The translations under genes and the position numbers were made by a program. The notes below the pieces were generated by a model. It saw only the letters and a program-made list of their open reading frames with translations, was not told the DNA's origin and searched no databases. Shown here in pieces: positions 40,701-55,573 of a stretch of 64,000 bases of DNA. Position 1 is the first letter of the stretch. Each line of letters starts with the position of its first letter. The DNA lies in assembly GCA_964057225.1 (NCBI GenBank), contig OZ059897.1, forward strand, positions 18,848,001 through 18,912,000. The letters are read 5' to 3'. This stretch comes from Auanema rhodensis (taxonomy: Eukaryota; Animalia; Nematoda).

Positions 40701-43700
40701 AGATGTTTTTAGATTCCATTTTTCAAGGCAAAGACGATGGACAATGTTATTCAACGAAAAAATTAATTCTTCAGGGTGAAAATCGAGGATATAAGTGTGA
40801 ACTTATATCAGTTGATATCTCGGTGCATTTTTAAGCTAGCGCAAATCTGATAACACAGATCGACGCAGCTTAAAAATCCGCATCGAATGCACTATACTAC
40901 ATTAAGAAACGCTTAATACAAAAATTAGTTATGATCGTTTGAAAAATGATGCATTAGTGTATGTTGAGTTTCCATGTACACTCAACATTGCTTCCAAAAA
41001 CATTTTGACAAAAATTTTTTCGAAAAATTTCAAAATAATTTAGCAAAAAGTAGATGTTTTTAGATTCCTTTTTTCAAGGCAAAAACGATGGACAATGTTA
41101 TTCAACGAAAAAATTATTTCTTCAGGGTGAAAATCGAGGATATAAGTGTGAAGTTATATCAGTTGATATCTCGGTGCATTTTTAAGCTAGCGCAAATCTG
41201 ATAACACAGATCGACGCAGCTTAAAAATCCGGATCGAATGCACTATACTACATTAAGAAACACTTGATACAAAAATTAGTTATGATCGTTTGAAAAATGA
41301 TGCATTAGTGTATGTTGAGTTTCCATGTACACTCAACATTGCTTCCAAAAACATTTTGACAAAAATTTTTTCAAAAAATTTCAAAATAATTTAGCAAAAA
41401 GTAGATGTTTTTAGATTCCATTTTTCAAGGCAAAGACGATGGACAATCTTATTCAACGAAAAAATTAATTCTTCAGGGTGAAAATCGAGGATATAAGTGT
41501 GAACTTATATCAGTTGATATCTCGGTGCATTTCTAAGCTAGCACAAATCTGATAACACAGATCGACGCAGCTTAAAAATCCGCATCGAATGCACTATACT
41601 ACATTGAGAAACGCTTAATACAAAAATTAGTTATGATCGTTTGAAAAATGATGCATTAGTGTATGTTGAGTTTCCATGTACACTCAACATTGCTTCCAAA
41701 AACATTTTGACAAAAATTTTTTCGAAAAATTTCAAAATAATTTAGCAAAAAATAGATGTTTTTAGATTCCATTTTTCAAGGCAAAGACGATGGACAATGT
41801 TATTCAACGAAAAAATTAATTCTTCAGGGTGAAAATCGAGGATATAAGTGTGAACTTATATCAGTTGATATCTCGGTGCATTTTTAAGCTAGCGCAAATC
41901 TGATAACACAGATCGACGCAGCTTAAAAATCCGCATCGAATGCACTATACTACATTAAGAAACGCTTAATACAAAAATTAGTTATGATCGTTTGAAAAAT
42001 GATGCATTAGTGTATGTTGAGTTTCCATGTACACTCAACATTGCTTCCAAAAACATTTTGACAAAAATTTTTTCGAAAAATTTCAAAATAATTTAGCAAA
42101 AAGTAGATGTTTTTAGATTCCTTTTTTCAAGGCAAAAACGATGGACAATGTTATTCAACGAAAAAATTATTTCTTCAGGGTGAAAATCGAGGATATAAGT
42201 GTGAACTTATATCAGTTGATATCTCGGTGCATTTTTAAGCTAGCGCAAATCTGATAACACAGATCGACGCAGCTTAAAAATCCGGATCGAATGCACTATA
42301 CTACATTAAGAAACACTTGATACAAAAATTAGTTATGATCGTTTGAAAAATGATGCATTAGTGTATGTTGAGTTTCCATGTACACTCAACATTGCTTCCA
42401 AAAACATTTTGACAAAAATTTTTTCGAAAAATTTCAAAATAATTTAGCAAAAAGTAGATGTTTTTAGATTCCTTTTTTCAAGGCAAAAACGATGGACAAT
42501 GTTATTCAACGAAAAAATTATTTCTTCAGGGTGAAAATCGAGGATATAAGTGTGAACTTATATCAGTTGATATCTCGGTGCATTTTTAAGCTAGCGCAAA
42601 TCTGATAACACAGATCGACGCAGCTTAAAAATCCGCATCGAATGCACTATACTACATTGAGAAACGCTTAATACAAAAATTAGTTATGATCGTTTGAAAA
42701 ATGATGCATTAGTGTATGTTGAGTTTCCATGTACACTCAACATTGCTTCCAAAAACATTTTGACAAAAATTTTTTCGAAAAATTTCAAAATAATTTAGCA
42801 AAAAATAGATGTTTTTAGATTCCATTTTTCAAGGCAAAAACGATGGACAATGTTATTCAACGAAAAAATTAATTCTTCAGGGTGAAAATCGAGGATATAA
42901 GTGTGAACTTATATCAGTTGATATCTCGGTGCATTTTTAAGCTAGCGCAAATCTGATAACACAGATCGACGCAGCTTAAAAATCCGCATCGAATGCACTA
43001 TACTACATTAAGAAACGCTTGATACAAGAATTAGTTATGATCGTTTGAAAAATGATGCATTAGTGTATGTTGAGTTTCCATGTACACTCAACATTGCTTC
43101 CAAAAACATTTTGACAAAAATTTTTTCGAAAAATTTCAAAATAATTTAGCAAAAAGTAGATGTTTTAAGATTCCATTTTTCAAGGCAAAGACGATGGACA
43201 ATGTTATTCAACGAAAAAATTAATTCTTCAGGGTGAAAATCGAGGATATAAGTGTGAACTTATATCAGTTGATATCTCGGTGCATTTTAAAGCTAGCGCA
43301 AATCTGATAACACAGATCGACGCAGCTTAAAAATCCGCATCGAATGCACTATACTACATTGAGAAACGCTTAATACAAAAATTAGTTATGATCGTTTGAA
43401 AAATGATGCATTAGTGTATGTTGAGTTTCCATGTACACTCAACATTGCTTCCAAAAACATTTTGACAAAAATTTTTTCGAAAAATTTCAAAATAATTTAG
43501 CGAAAAGTAGATGTTTTTAGATTCCATTTTTCAAGGCAAAGACGATGGACAATGTTCTTCAACGAAAAAATTAATTTTTCAGGGTGAAAATCGAGGATAT
43601 AAGTGTGAACTTATATCAGTTGATATCTCGGTGCATTTTTAAGCTAGCGCAAATCTGATAACACAGATCGACGCAGCTTAAAAATCCGCATCGAATGCAC

Positions 43701-46700
43701 TATACTACATTGAGAAACGCTTAATACAAAAATTAGTTATGATCGTTTGAAAAATGATGCATTAGTGTATGTTGAGTTTCCATGTACACTCAACATTGCT
43801 TCCAAAAACATTTTGACAAAAATTTTTTCGAAAAATTTCAAAATAATTTAGCAAAAAGTAGATGTTTTTAGATTCCTTTTTTCAAGGCAAAAACGATGGA
43901 CAATGTTATTCAACGAAAAAATTATTTCTTCAGGGTGAAAATCGAGGATATAAGTGTGAACTTATATCAGTTGATATCTCGGTGCATTTTTAAGCTAGCG
44001 CAAATCTGATAACACAGATCGACGCAGCTTAAAAATCCGCATCGAATGCACTATACTACATTGAGAAACGCTTAATACAAAAATTAGTTATGATCGTTTG
44101 AAAAATGATGCATTAGTGTATGTTGAGTTTCCATGTACACTCAACATTGCTTCCAAAAACATTTTGACAAAAATTTTTTCGAAAAATTTCAAAATAATTT
44201 AGCAAAAAATAGATGTTTTTAGATTCCATTTTTCAAGGCAAAAACGATGGACAATGTTATTCAACGAAAAAATTAATTCTTCAGGGTGAAAATCGAGGAT
44301 ATAAGTGTGAACTTATATCAGTTGATATCTCGGTGCATTTTTAAGCTAGCGCAAATCTGATAACACAGATCGACGCAGCTTAAAAATCCGCATCGAATGC
44401 ACTATACTACATTAAGAAACGCTTGATACAAGAATTAGTTATGATCGTTTGAAAAATGATGCATTAGTGTATGTTGAGTTTCCATGTACACTCAACATTG
44501 CTTCCAAAAACATTTTGACAAAAATTTTTTCGAAAAATTTCAAAATAATTTAGCAAAAAGTAGATGTTTTTAAATTCCATTTTTCAAGGCAAAGACGATG
44601 GACAATGTTATTCAACGAAAAAATTAATTCTTCAGGGTGAAAATCGAGGATATAAGTGTGAACTTATATCAGTTGATATCTCGGTGCATTTTTAAGCTAG
44701 CGCAAATCTGATAACACAGATCGACGCAGCTTAAAAATCCGGATCGAATGCACTATACTACATTAAGAAACACTTGATACAAAAATTAGTTATGATCGTT
44801 TGAAAAATGATGCATTAGTGTATGTTGAGTTTCCATGTACACTCAACATTGCTTCCAAAAACATTTTGACAAAAATTTTTTCGAAAAATTTCAAAATAAT
44901 TTAGCAAAAAGTAGATGTTTTTAGATTCCATTTTTCAAGGCAAAGACGATGGACAATGTTATTCAACGAAAAAATTAATTCTTCAGGGTGAAAATCGAGG
45001 ATATAAGTGTGAACTTATATCAGTTGATATCTCGGTGCATTTTTAAGCTAGCGCAAATCTGATAACACAGATCGACGCAGCTTAAAAATCCGCATCGAAT
45101 GCACTATACTACATTGAGAAACGCTTAATACAAAAATTAGTTATGATCGTTTGAAAAATGATGCATTAGTGTATGTTGAGTTTCCATGTACACTCAACAT
45201 TGCTTCCAAAAACATTTTGACAAAAATTTTTTCGAAAAATTTCAAAATAATTTAGCAAAAAGTAGATGTTTTAAGATTCCATTTTTCAAGGCAAAGACGA
45301 TGGACAATGTTATTCAACGAAAAAATTAATTCTTCAGGGTGAAAATCGAGGATATAAGTGTGAACTTATATCAGTTGATATCTCGGTGCATTTTAAAGCT
45401 AGCGCAAATCTGATAACACAGATCGACGCAGCTTAAAAATCCGCATCGAATGCACTATACTACATTGAGAAACGCTTAATACAAAAATTAGTTATGATCG
45501 TTTGAAAAATGATGCATTAGTGTATGTTGAGTTTCCATGTACACTCAACATTGCTTCCAAAAACATTTTGACAAAAATTTTTTCGAAAAATTTCAAAATA
45601 ATTTAGCGAAAAGTAGATGTTTTTAGATTCCATTTTTCAAGGCAAAGACGATGGACAATGTTCTTCAACGAAAAAATTAATTTTTCAGGGTGAAAATCGA
45701 GGATATAAGTGTGAACTTATATCAGTTGATATCTCGGTGCATTTTTAAGCTAGCGCAAATCTGATAACACAGATCGACGCAGCTTAAAAATCCGCATCGA
45801 ATGCACTATACTACATTGAGAAACGCTTAATACAAAAATTAGTTATGATCGTTTGAAAAATGATGCATTAGTGTATGTTGAGTTTCCATGTACACTCAAC
45901 ATTGCTTCCAAAAACATTTTGACAAAAATTTTTTCGAAAAATTTCAAAATAATTTAGCAAAAAGTAGATGTTTTTAGATTCCTTTTTTCAAGGCAAAAAC
46001 GATGGACAATGTTATTCAACGAAAAAATTATTTCTTCAGGGTGAAAATCGAGGATATAAGTGTGAACTTATATCAGTTGATATCTCGGTGCATTTTTAAG
46101 CTAGCGCAAATCTGATAACACAGATCGACGCAGCTTAAAAATCCGGATCGAATGCACTATACTACATTAAGAAACACTTGATACAAAAATTAGTTATGAT
46201 CGTTTGAAAAATGATGCATTAGTGTATGTTGAGTTTCCATGTACACTCAACACTGCTTCCAAAAACATTTTGACAAAAATTTTTTCAAAAAATTTCAAAA
46301 TAATTTAGCAAAAAGTAGATGTTTTTAGATTCCATTTTTCAAGGCAAAGACGATGGACAATGTTATTCAACGAAAAAATTAATTCTTCAGGGTGAAAATC
46401 GAGGATATAAGTGTGAACTTATATCAGTTGATATCTCGGCGCATTTTTAAGCTAGCGCAAATCTGATAACACAGATCGACGCAGCTTAAAAATCCGCATC
46501 GAATGCACTATACTACATTGAGAAACGCTTAATACAAAAATTAGTTATGATCGTTTGAAAAATGATGCATTAGTGTATGTTGAGTTTCCATGTACACTCA
46601 ACATTGCTTCCAAAAACATTTTGACAAAAATTTTTTCGAAAAATTTCAAAATAATTTAGCAAAAAGTAGATGTTTTTAGATTCCTTTTTTCAAGGCAAAA

Positions 46701-49700
46701 ACGATGGACAATGTTATTCAACGAAAAAATTATTTCTTCAGGGTGAAAATCGAGGATATAAGTGTGAAGTTATATCAGTTGATATCTCGGTGCATTTTTA
46801 AGCTAGCGCAAATCTGATAACACAGATCGACGCAGCTTAAAAATCCGGATCGAATGCACTATACTACATTAAGAAACACTTGATACAAAAATTAGTTATG
46901 ATCGTTTGAAAAATGATGCATTAGTGTATGTTGAGTTTCCATGTACACTCAACATTGCTTCCAAAAACATTTTGACAAAAATTTTTTCAAAAAATTTCAA
47001 AATAATTTAGCAAAAAGTAGATGTTTTTAGATTCCATTTTTCAAGGCAAAGACGATGGACAATCTTATTCAACGAAAAAATTAATTCTTCAGGGTGAAAA
47101 TCGAGGATATAAGTGTGAACTTATATCAGTTGATATCTCGGTGCATTTCTAAGCTAGCACAAATCTGATAACACAGATCGACGCAGCTTAAAAATCCGCA
47201 TCGAATGCACTATACTACATTGAGAAACGCTTAATACAAAAATTAGTTATGATCGTTTGAAAAATGATGCATTAGTGTATGTTGAGTTTCCATGTACACT
47301 CAACATTGCTTCCAAAAACATTTTGACAAAAATTTTTTCGAAAAATTTCAAAATAATTTAGCAAAAAATAGATGTTTTTAGATTCCATTTTTCAAGGCAA
47401 AGACGATGGACAATGTTATTCAACGAAAAAATTAATTCTTCAGGGTGAAAATCGAGGATATAAGTGTGAACTTATATCAGTTGATATCTCGGTGCATTTT
47501 TAAGCTAGCGCAAATCTGATAACACAGATCGACGCAGCTTAAAAATCCGCATCGAATGCACTATACTACATTAAGAAACGCTTAATACAAAAATTAGTTA
47601 TGATCGTTTGAAAAATGATGCATTAGTGTATGTTGAGTTTCCATGTACACTCAACATTGCTTCCAAAAACATTTTGACAAAAATTTTTTCGAAAAATTTC
47701 AAAATAATTTAGCAAAAAGTAGATGTTTTTAGATTCCTTTTTTCAAGGCAAAAACGATGGACAATGTTATTCAACGAAAAAATTATTTCTTCAGGGTGAA
47801 AATCGAGGATATAAGTGTGAACTTATATCAGTTGATATCTCGGTGCATTTTTAAGCTAGCGCAAATCTGATAACACAGATCGACGCAGCTTAAAAATCCG
47901 GATCGAATGCACTATACTACATTAAGAAACACTTGATACAAAAATTAGTTATGATCGTTTGAAAAATGATGCATTAGTGTATGTTGAGTTTCCATGTACA
48001 CTCAACATTGCTTCCAAAAACATTTTGACAAAAATTTTTTCGAAAAATTTCAAAATAATTTAGCAAAAAATAGATGTTTTTAGATTCCATTTTTCAAGGC
48101 AAAGACGATGGACAATGTTATTCAACGAAAAAATTAATTCTTCAGGGTGAAAATCGAGGATATAAGTGTGAACTTATATCAGTTGATATCTCGGTGCATT
48201 TTTAAGCTAGCGCAAATCTGATAACACAGATCGACGCAGCTTAAAAATCCGCATCGAATGCACTATACTACATTAAGAAACGCTTAATACAAAAATTAGT
48301 TATGATCGTTTGAAAAATGATGCATTAGTGTATGTTGAGTTTCCATGTACACTCAACATTGCTTCCAAAAACATTTTGACAAAAATTTTTTCGAAAAATT
48401 TCAAAATAATTTAGCAAAAAGTAGATGTTTTTAGATTCCTTTTTTCAAGGCAAAAACGATGGACAATGTTATTCAACGAAAAAATTATTTCTTCAGGGTG
48501 AAAATCGAGGATATAAGTGTGAAGTTATATCAGTTGATATCTCGGTGCATTTTTAAGCTAGCGCAAATCTGATAACACAGATCGACGCAGCTTAAAAATC
48601 CGGATCGAATGCACTATACTACATTAAGAAACACTTGATACAAAAATTAGTTATGATCGTTTGAAAAATGATGCATTAGTGTATGTTGAGTTTCCATGTA
48701 CACTCAACATTGCTTCCAAAAACATTTTGACAAAAATTTTTTCAAAAAATTTCAAAATAATTTAGCAAAAAGTAGATGTTTTTAGATTCCATTTTTCAAG
48801 GCAAAGACGATGGACAATCTTATTCAACGAAAAAATTAATTCTTCAGGGTGAAAATCGAGGATATAAGTGTGAACTTATATCAGTTGATATCTCGGTGCA
48901 TTTCTAAGCTAGCACAAATCTGATAACACAGATCGACGCAGCTTAAAAATCCGCATCGAATGCACTATACTACATTGAGAAACGCTTAATACAAAAATTA
49001 GTTATGATCGTTTGAAAAATGATGCATTAGTGTATGTTGAGTTTCCATGTACACTCAACATTGCTTCCAAAAACATTTTGACAAAAATTTTTTCGAAAAA
49101 TTTCAAAATAATTTAGCAAAAAATAGATGTTTTTAGATTCCATTTTTCAAGGCAAAGACGATGGACAATGTTATTCAACGAAAAAATTAATTCTTCAGGG
49201 TGAAAATCGAGGATATAAGTGTGAACTTATATCAGTTGATATCTCGGTGCATTTTTAAGCTAGCGCAAATCTGATAACACAGATCGACGCAGCTTAAAAA
49301 TCCGCATCGAATGCACTATACTACATTAAGAAACGCTTAATACAAAAATTAGTTATGATCGTTTGAAAAATGATGCATTAGTGTATGTTGAGTTTCCATG
49401 TACACTCAACATTGCTTCCAAAAACATTTTGACAAAAATTTTTTCGAAAAATTTCAAAATAATTTAGCAAAAAGTAGATGTTTTTAGATTCCTTTTTTCA
49501 AGGCAAAAACGATGGACAATGTTATTCAACGAAAAAATTATTTCTTCAGGGTGAAAATCGAGGATATAAGTGTGAACTTATATCAGTTGATATCTCGGTG
49601 CATTTTTAAGCTAGCGCAAATCTGATAACACAGATCGACGCAGCTTAAAAATCCGGATCGAATGCACTATACTACATTAAGAAACACTTGATACAAAAAT

Positions 49701-49824
49701 TAGTTATGATCGTTTGAAAAATGATGCATTAGTGTATGTTGAGTTTCCATGTACACTCAACATTGCTTCCAAAAACATTTTGACAAAAATTTTTTCGAAA
49801 AATTTCAAAATAATTTAGCAAAAA
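34800..49824. repeat. 21-monomer (7371-bp) tandem duplication containing a nested 5-monomer duplication
   Basis: Rare variants recur at offset 7371: T272C 38882/46253, T108C 39069/46440, C86G 39398/46769 and 41153/48524. C86G also recurs at offset 1755 within each copy. Confidence 0.9.
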
Positions 49825-50236
49825 ATAGATGTTTTTAGATTCCATTTTTCAAGGCAAAGACGATGGACAATGTTATTCAACGAAAAAATTAATTCTTCAG
49901 GGTGAAAATCGAGGATATAAGTGTGAACTTATATCAGTTGATATCTCGGTGCATTTTTAAGCTAGCGCAAATCTGATAACACAGATCGACGCAGCTTAAA
50001 AATCCGCATCGAATGCACTATACTACATTAAGAAACGCTTGATACAAGAATTAGTTATGATCGTTTGAAAAATGATGCATTAGTGTATGTTGAGTTTCCA
50101 TGTACACTCAACATTGCTTCCAAAAACATTTTGACAAAAATTTTTTCGAAAAATTTCAGAATAATTTAGCAAAAAGTAGATGTTTTTAGATTCCATTTTT
50201 CAAGGCAAAGACGATGGACAATGTTATTCAACGAAG

Positions 50237-53200
50237 AAATTAATTCTTCAGGGTGAAAATCGAGGATATAAGTGTGAACTTATATCAGTTGATATCTCGG
50301 TGCATTTTTAAGCTAGCGCAAATCTGATAACACAGATCGACGCAGCTTAAAAATCCGCATCGAATGCACTATACTACATTGAGAAACGCTTAATACAAAA
50401 ATTAGTTATGATCGTTTGAAAAATGATGCATTAGTGTATGTTGAGTTTCCATGTACACTCAACATTGCTTCCAAAAACATTTTGACAAAAATTTTTTCGA
50501 AAAATTTCAAAATAATTTAGCAAAAAATAGATGTTTTTAGATTCCATTTTTCAAGGCAAAGACGATGGACAATGTTATTCAACGAAAAAATTAATTCTTC
50601 AGGGTGAAAATCGAGGATATAAGTGTGAACTTATATCAGTTGATATCTCGGTGCATTTTTAAGCTAGCGCAAATCTGATAACACAGATCGACGCAGCTTA
50701 AAAATCCGCATCGAATGCACTATACTACATTAAGAAACGCTTGATACAAGAATTAGTTATGATCGTTTGAAAAATGATGCATTAGTGTATGTTGAGTTTC
50801 CATGTACACTCAACATTGCTTCCAAAAACATTTTGACAAAAATTTTTTCGAAAAATTTCAAAATAATTTAGCAAAAAGTAGATGTTTTTAGATTCCATTT
50901 TTCAAGGCAAAGACGATGGACAATGTTATTCAACGAAGAAACTAATTCTTCAGGGTGAAAATCGAGGATATAAGTGTGAACTTATATCAGTTGATATCTC
51001 GGTGCATTTTTAAGCTAGCGCGAATCTGATAACACAGATCGACGCAGCTTAAAAATCCGCATCGAATGCACTATACTACATTGAGAAACGCTTAATACAA
51101 AAATTAGTTATGATCGTTTGAAAAATGATGCGTTAGTGTATGTTGAGTTTCCATGTACACTCAACATTGCTTCCAAAAACATTTTGACAAAAATTTTTTC
51201 GAAAAATTTCAAAATAATTTAGCAAAAAGTAGATGTTTTTAGATTCCTTTTTTCAAGGCAAAAACGATGGACAATGTTATTCAACGAAAAAATTATTTCT
51301 TCAGGGTGAAAATCGAGGATATAAGTGTGAACTTATATCAGTTGATATCTCGGTGCATTTTTAAGCTAGCGCAAATCTGATAACACAGATCGACGCAGCT
51401 TAAAAATCCGGATCGAATGCACTATACTACATTAAGAAACACTTGATACAAAAATTAGTTATGATCGTTTGAAAAATGATGCATTAGTGTATGTTGAGTT
51501 TCCATGTACACTCAACATTGCTTCCAAAAACATTTTGACAAAAATTTTTTCGAAAAATTTCAAAATAATTTAGCAAAAAGTAGATGTTTTTAGATTCCAT
51601 TTTTCAAGGCAAAGACGATGGACAATGTTATTCAACGAAAAAATTAATTCTTCAGGGTGAAAATCGAGGATATAAGTGTGAACTTATATCAGTTGATATC
51701 TCGGTGCATTTTAAAGCTAGCGCAAATCTGATAACACAGATCGACGCAGCTTAAAAATCCGCATCGAATGCACTATACTACATTGAGAAACGCTTAATAC
51801 AAAAATTAGTTATGATCGTTTGAAAAATGATGCATTAGTGTATGTTGAGTTTCCATGTACACTCAACATTGCTTCCAAAAACATTTTGACAAAAATTTTT
51901 TCGAAAAATTTCAAAATAATTTAGCGAAAAGTAGATGTTTTTAGATTCCATTTTTCAAGGCAAAGACGATGGACAATGTTATTCAACGAAAAAATTAATT
52001 CTTCAGGGTGAAAATCGAGGATATAAGTGTGAACTTATATCAGTTGATATCTCGGTGCATTTTTAAGCTAGCGCAAATCTGATAACACAGATCGACGCAG
52101 CTTAAAAATCCGCATCGAATGCACTATACTACATTGAAAAACGCTTAATACAAAAATTAGTTATGATCGTTTGAAAAATGATGCATTAGTGTATGTTGAG
52201 TTTCCATGTACACTCAACATTGCTTCCAAAAACATTTTGACAAAAATTTTTTCGAAAAATTTCAAAATAATTTAGCAAAAAGTAGATGTTTTTAGATTCC
52301 ATTTTTCAAGGCAAAGACGATGGACAATGTTATTCAACGAAAAAATTAATTCTTCAGGGTGAAAATCGAGGATATAAGTGTGAACTTATATCAGTTGATA
52401 TCTCGGTGCATTTTTAAGCTAGCGCAAATCTGATAACACAGATCGACGCAGCTTAAAAATCCGCATCGAATGCACTATACTACATTGAAAAACGCTTAAT
52501 ACAAAAATTAGTTATGATCGTTTGAAAAATGATGCATTAGTGTATGTTGAGTTTCCATGTACACTCAACATTGCTTCCAAAAACATTTTGACAAAAATTT
52601 TTTCGAAAAATTTCAAAATAATTTAGCAAAAAGTAGATGTTTTTAGATTCCATTTTTCAAGGCAAAGACGATGGACAATGTTATTCAACGAAAAAATTAA
52701 TTCTTCAGGGTGAAAATCGAGGATATAAGTGTGAACTTATATCAGTTGATATCTCGGTGCATTTTTAAGCTAGCGCAAATCTGATAACACAGATCGACGC
52801 AGCTTAAAAATCCGCATCGAATGCACTATACTACATTGAAAAACGCTTAATACAAAAATTAGTTATGATCGTTTGAAAAATGATGCATTAGTGTATGTTG
52901 AGTTTCCATGTACACTCAACATTGCTTCCAAAAACATTTTGACAAAAATTTTTTCGAAAAATTTCAAAATAATTTAGCAAAAAGTAGATGTTTTTAGATT
53001 CCATTTTTCAAGGCAAAGACGATGGACAATGTTATTCAACGAAAAAATTAATTCTTCAGGGTGAAAATCGAGGATATAAGTGTGAACTTATATCAGTTGA
53101 TATCTCGGTGCATTTTTAAGCTAGCGCAAATCTGATAACACAGATCGACGCAGCTTAAAAATCCGCATCGAATGCACTATACTACATTGAAAAACGCTTA

Positions 53201-55573
53201 ATACAAAAATTAGTTATGATCGTTTGAAAAATGATGCATTAGTGTATGTTGAGTTTCCATGTACACTCAACATTGCTTCCAAAAACATTTTGACAAAAAT
53301 TTTTTCGAAAAATTTCAAAATAATTTAGCAAAAAGTAGATGTTTTTAGATTCCATTTTTCAAGGCAAAGACGATGGACAATGTTATTCAACGAAAAAATT
53401 AATTCTTCAGGGTGAAAATCGAGGATATAAGTGTGAACTTATATCAGTTGATATCTCGGTGCATTTTTAAGCTAGCGCAAATCTGATAACACAGATCGAC
53501 GCAGCTTAAAAATCCGCATCGAATGCACTATACTACATTGAGAAACGCTTAATACAAAAATTAGTTATGATCGTTTGAAAAATGATGCATTAGTGTATGT
53601 TGAGTTTCCATGTACACTCAACATTGCTTCCAAAAACATTTTGACAAAAATTTTTTCGAAAAATTTCAAAATAATTTAGCAAAAAATAGATGTTTTTAGA
53701 TTCCATTTTTCAAGGCAAAGACGATGGACAATGTTATTCAACGAAAAAATTAATTCTTCAGGGTGAAAATCGAGGATATAAGTGTGAACTTATATCAGTT
53801 GATATCTCGGTGCATTTTTAAGCTAGCGCAAATCTGATAACACAGATCGACGCAGCTTAAAAATCCGCATCGAATGCACTATACTACATTAAGAAACGCT
53901 TGATACAAGAATTAGTTATGATCGTTTGAAAAATGATGCATTAGTGTATGTTGAGTTTCCATGTACACTCAACATTGCTTCCAAAAACATTTTGACAAAA
54001 ATTTTTTCGAAAAATTTCAAAATAATTTAGCAAAAAGTAGATGTTTTTAGATTCCATTTTTCAAGGCAAAGACGATGGACAATGTTATTCAACGAAGAAA
54101 CTAATTCTTCAGGGTGAAAATCGAGGATATAAGTGTGAACTTATATCAGTTGATATCTCGGTGCATTTTTAAGCTAGCGCGAATCTGATAACACAGATCG
54201 ACGCAGCTTAAAAATCCGCATCGAATGCACTATACTACATTGAGAAACGCTTAATACAAAAATTAGTTATGATCGTTTGAAAAATGATGCGTTAGTGTAT
54301 GTTGAGTTTCCATGTACACTCAACATTGCTTCCAAAAACATTTTGACAAAAATTTTTTCGAAAAATTTCAAAATAATTTAGCAAAAAGTAGATGTTTTTA
54401 GATTCCTTTTTTCAAGGCAAAAACGATGGACAATGTTATTCAACGAAAAAATTATTTCTTCAGGGTGAAAATCGAGGATATAAGTGTGAACTTATATCAG
54501 TTGATATCTCGGTGCATTTTTAAGCTAGCGCAAATCTGATAACACAGATCGACGCAGCTTAAAAATCCGGATCGAATGCACTATACTACATTAAGAAACA
54601 CTTGATACAAAAATTAGTTATGATCGTTTGAAAAATGATGCATTAGTGTATGTTGAGTTTCCATGTACACTCAACATTGCTTCCAAAAACATTTTGACAA
54701 AAATTTTTTCGAAAAATTTCAAAATAATTTAGCAAAAAGTAGATGTTTTTAGATTCCATTTTTCAAGGCAAAGACGATGGACAATGTTATTCAACGAAAA
54801 AATTAATTCTTCAGGGTGAAAATCGAGGATATAAGTGTGAACTTATATCAGTTGATATCTCGGTGCATTTTAAAGCTAGCGCAAATCTGATAACACAGAT
54901 CGACGCAGCTTAAAAATCCGCATCGAATGCACTATACTACATTGAGAAACGCTTAATACAAAAATTAGTTATGATCGTTTGAAAAATGATGCATTAGTGT
55001 ATGTTGAGTTTCCATGTACACTCAACATTGCTTCCAAAAACATTTTGACAAAAATTTTTTCGAAAAATTTCAAAATAATTTAGCGAAAAGTAGATGTTTT
55101 TAGATTCCATTTTTCAAGGCAAAGACGATGGACAATGTTATTCAACGAAAAAATTAATTCTTCAGGGTGAAAATCGAGGATATAAGTGTGAACTTATATC
55201 AGTTGATATCTCGGTGCATTTTTAAGCTAGCGCAAATCTGATAACACAGATCGACGCAGCTTAAAAATCCGCATCGAATGCACTATACTACATTGAAAAA
55301 CGCTTAATACAAAAATTAGTTATGATCGTTTGAAAAATGATGCATTAGTGTATGTTGAGTTTCCATGTACACTCAACATTGCTTCCAAAAACATTTTGAC
55401 AAAAATTTTTTCGAAAAATTTCAAAATAATTTAGCAAAAAGTAGATGTTTTTAGATTCCATTTTTCAAGGCAAAGACGATGGACAATGTTATTCAACGAA
55501 AAAATTAATTCTTCAGGGTGAAAATCGAGGATATAAGTGTGAACTTATATCAGTTGATATCTCGGTGCATTTT
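50237..55573. repeat. About 6-monomer block duplicated at offset 3159 bp (9 monomers)
   Basis: A distinctive monomer (A43G, T47C, A127G, A237G) is at 50896 and 54055, and its neighbours match. The gap is filled by extra copies of a G190A monomer. Confidence 0.82.
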
